A stretch of DNA of 64,000 nucleotides, taken from positions 58,716,001 to 58,780,000 of the forward strand of contig CM059438.1 in NCBI GenBank assembly GCA_030390025.1, read 5' to 3'. Within the stretch, counting starts at the first letter, position 1, and the number at the start of each line of letters is the position of its first letter. The DNA comes from Squalus acanthias. Lineage: Eukaryota. A program made the translations under genes and the position numbers. The notes beneath the pieces are model-generated. The model was not told the origin of the DNA. It saw only the letters and a list, made by a program, of their open reading frames with translations, and did not search any database. This document shows positions 60,334-64,000 of this stretch, piece after piece.

Positions 60334-61906
60334 CTGGTGTCTCAGCACCAGCAATGGCTTCAGAGTGTTTAGATGGACTTTTGAGTTTGCAGATGGATAT
60401 GCTGCTCTCTCGCTGTCTGGTGCAGTTTCCTGAGTACCGTGTTCAGATTGTTTATCACTCCCTACTGAGGCTTCCGGAGCACCCTGTCTGGTTTTCTTGT
60501 TTCTCACTGCCGCAGTTTCCAGAGGACCCTGTCTGGTTTTCTTGCCTCTCACGGTGTCTGTCGAACTTTCCCGAGGACCCTGTCTGGTTTTCTTGTCTCT
60601 CACGGTGTCTGTCGAACTTTCCCGAGGACCCTGTCTGGTTTTCTTGCCTCTCACGGTGTCTGCCGCAGCTTCCCGAGGACCCTGTCTGGTTTTCTTGCCT
60701 CTCACGGTGTCTGCCGCAGCTTCCTGAGGACCCTGTCTGGTTTTCTTGTCTCTCATGGTGTCTGTCGAACTTTCCCGAGGACCCTGTCTGGTTTTCTTGT
60801 CTCTCACGGTGTCTGTCGAACTTTCCCAAGGACCCTGTCTGGTTTTCTTGTCTCTCACGGTGTCTGCCAAAGTTTCCTGAGGACCCTGTCTGATTTGTTC
60901 ATCTCTCACAGTGTCTGTCGAGGTTTCCCGAGGATCCTGTCTGGTTTTCTTGCCTCTCACGGTATCTACTGCAGCTTCCTGAGGATCCTGTCTGGTTTTC
61001 TTGTCTCTCATGGTGTCTGTCAAAGCTTCCTGAGGACCCTGTCTGGTTTGTTCATCTCTCACAGTGTCTGTCGAGGTTTCCCGAGGATCCTGTCTGGTTT
61101 GTTCATCTGTTTGTGTCGAAGTTTCCTGAGGACCCTGTCTGGATTGCTCGTCGCTTGGTGCCGAAGTTTCCTGATAACCCTGTCTGGTTTGTTCATCTCT
61201 CTCAGTGTCTGTCGAAGTTTCCTGAGGACCCTGTCTGGTTTGTTCATCTGTTCGTGTCGAAGTTTCCTGAGGACCCTGTCTGGATTGCTCGTCGCTTGGT
61301 GCCGAAGTTTCCTGATAACCCTGTCTGGTTTGTTCATCTCTCTCAGTGTCTGTCGAAGTTTCCTGAGGACCCTGTCTGGTTTGTTCATCTGTTCGTGTCG
61401 AAGTTTCCTGAGGACCCTGTCTGGATTGCTCCTCTCTTGATGTCGAAGTTTCCTGAGGACCCTGTCTGGATTGCTCCTCTCTTGGTGCTGATGTTTCCTG
61501 AGGACCCTGTCTGGATTGCTCCTCTCTTGGTGCTGATGTTTCCTGAGGACCCTGTCTGGATTGCTCCTCTCTTGGTGCTGATGTTTCCTGAGGACCCTGT
61601 CTGGATTGCTCCTCTCTTGATGTCGAAGTTTCCTGAGGACCCTGTCTGGATTGCTCCTCTCTTGGTGCTGATGTTTCCTGAGGATCCTGTCTGGATTGCT
61701 GCTCTCTTGGTGTCGAAGCTTCCTGAGGACCCTGTCTGGATTGCTCCTCTCTTGGTGCTGATGTTTCCTGAGGACCCTGTCTGGATTGCTGCTCTCTCAC
61801 GCTGGCTGAGGAGTACTGCTGAGGGTCCAGTTTGGAGAGTACAATTCTCTGTAATGGCTGTGGACGCAGGGCTAAGAAGAGGCTGAGACTCCCCAGCAGC
61901 AGTGAC
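60334..61906 (-). CDS. Candidate large repeat-rich exon (about 27 15-17-aa repeats RQGPQET/RES...) of an unidentified host gene
   Basis: 540-aa open frame with unique flanks; acceptor TTCCACAG|G at 61906, phase-0 donor CAG|GTAAAG at 60334; unit lengths 45/51 nt keep frame. Confidence 0.6.
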
Positions 61907-62174
61907 CTGTGGAATAGATCAGAGTCCATAGTTGATAAAGTGGATATTCCTCACTGTGCTTGCAGCTGGGACACTGCTTCAGTGCTGTGATTCCCAGACT
62001 GGGGCTGCCAGGCTTCCACACCAATACCTTCATCTCATGACGACCAGCAGAGGGCAGCCACTGGTGCTGCAGCCATGTGAATGAGGGAACACCAACAAGG
62101 CCAGCCCCCATCATCTGATACTAAACTGGGCGGTGTGACTGGCCACAGGATATGGTTGATCCCATCTGGAGTGT

Positions 62175-62735
62175 GGTCGGATCCCACCTGGACACTGCGT
62201 TCAGTCTGGGCACCACACCTAAGGAAGGATATATTGGCCTTGGAGGGGGTGTAGCGCAGATTCACCAGAATGATACCGGCACTAAAAGGGTTAAATTATG
62301 AGGACAGATTGCATAGACTAGGCTTGTATTCCCTTGAGTTTAGAAGATTAAGGGGTGATCCAATTGAGGTGTTTAAGATGATTAAAGGATTTGATAGGGT
62401 AGATACAGAGAAACCATTTCCTTTGGCGGGAGAGTCCAGAACAAGGGGCCATCACCTTAAAATTAGAGCCAGGCTGTTCACGGGTGATATCAGAAAGCAC
62501 TTCTTCACACAAAAGGTAGAGGAAATCTGGAACTTTCTCTCCCAAAAAGCTGTTGAGGCTGGGGGGCAATTGAAAATTTAAAAACTGAGATTGATAGATT
62601 TTTGTTCGGCAAGGGTATTAAGGGTTATGGAACCATGGCCGGAAAATGGAGTTAAGATACAGATCAGCCATGATGTAATGGAATGGAAGAACAGACTCGA
62701 GGGGTTGAATGACCTTTTCCTGTTCCTTTGCTCCT
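62175..62735 (+). mobile_element. CR1 3' fragment
   Basis: MIPALKGLNYEDRLHRLGLYSLEFRRLRGD..KHFFTQKV. Confidence 0.88.
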
Positions 62736-63014
62736 ATCTCTATCACTTAATTGGGAGTTCCTGGGCACGCCATCTGGGTTACACAGTTGGAGCCATGTCC
62801 TGAGGACTGGCACACCAGCAGCGGGCAGGGAAACGTGCGCTTCAATGGCTATAGTTTGATGATGAGATCTGGTCTTTACTGGCTTTACTGCATCAATGGG
62901 CGATACAGCCCTGTTTCACAACTCCACGAGTCCAAAGCTGTCCTCGGCCACGCTGCACGCACATTCATCAATGGTGACTGGATTGCAATCAGGACCATGA
63001 ACCCTGACTGATTG

Positions 63015-63515
63015 CATCGGAGCAGGAATAGGGCATTCAGCCCCTCGAGCCTGTTTCATCATTCAATTGCATCATGGCTGATATGTACCTTAACTCCATT
63101 TACCCATCTTTGATCCATATCCCTTGGTACCCCTAGCTAACAAAAATCTCTCAATTTCAGTCTTGAAAATTTCATTCAACCCAGCATCCATAACTTTTTG
63201 GGGGAGAGAGTTCCAGATTTCCACTACCCTTTGTGTGAAGAATTGCTTCCTGACATCACCCCTGAACGGCCTAGTTTATGATTATGCCCCCTTGTTCTGG
63301 ACTCCCCCACCAGAGGAAATCGTTTCTCTCTATCGACCCTATCAATTCCTTTAATCATCTTAAACACCTCAATTGGATCACCCCTTAATCTTCTATACAC
63401 AAGGAAATACAAGCCTAGTCTATGCAACCTGTCCTCGTAATTTAACCCTTTTAGCCCCGGTATCATTCTGGTGAACCTGCGCTGCACCCCCTCCAAGGCC
63501 AATATATCCTTCCCG
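63015..63515 (-). mobile_element. CR1 3' fragment, closely similar to 62175-62735 and inverted relative to it
   Basis: KDILALEGVQRRFTRMIPGLKGLNYEDRLHRLGLY. Confidence 0.88.
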
Positions 63516-64000
63516 AGATTCAATTCTATTTATTTATTTCCTCTCTCTCTAGCCTGGGGGCACTGAGGTGAACTGTAACTTCCCCACCACTGTCCCAGCT
63601 GAAATTCAGTGCAGAGCAGGGATTAAACCTGGGACCTGGCGCTCCATATGGCTCTGTGCTACACCGACAGTGCACTCGCCAAACCAGCGATCGGGTTAAT
63701 GATAGGTTGGTGTACTTTGAGTAGAGATGGCGGTCCTGAAGATCCACGGCTGGAGGAGGGGTAGGTGATCCTGATGTAAGTGCAACCTCTGCTGCTGACC
63801 CCGCCAAAGTTCATGGGGTCAAGGGGAGGGACCAGCCGGACAGGGGGCGGTGTCGGTACCCCATCCTGGAAAGGTGAAAATCCTGCTCCAGAAATAGTAA
63901 AAAGAAATTTAGTGCCCCAATCTTCACGGGTTCGGACCCCAAACTGGGCCAGGAGGTGCAGCTGGGCCCCCGTCCGCCGGTTGTCAGTGAGGTACGCCTG

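Overview
Eukaryotic, transposon-saturated DNA, most likely from a cartilaginous fish (inferred from Deu-domain SINEs, an HE1-like SINE and HER1/CR1-type LINEs). No prokaryotic genes, rRNA or CRISPR are present. The window holds an apparently intact autonomous PIF/Harbinger transposon (36720-40938: DDE transposase plus a 3-exon Myb/SANT gene) sitting in a ~45-bp satellite, and a decayed Harbinger (5364-14014) that contains a full-length Gypsy LTR element and a SINE. It also holds further Harbinger remnants and MITEs, two Penelope-like fragments with minimal hammerhead-ribozyme motifs, a near full-length CR1 with an open esterase ORF1, many nested CR1 pieces, and a long L2 inside a 30-bp satellite. 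Three candidate exons suggest an unidentified minus-strand host gene, one exon being a 1.6-kb in-frame repeat. I found no clearly new biological system. The best leads are repeated Harbinger insertion at one satellite position, the intact Harbinger, the Penelope ribozyme hairpin and the orphan repeat-protein gene. All coordinates and alignments were made by eye.
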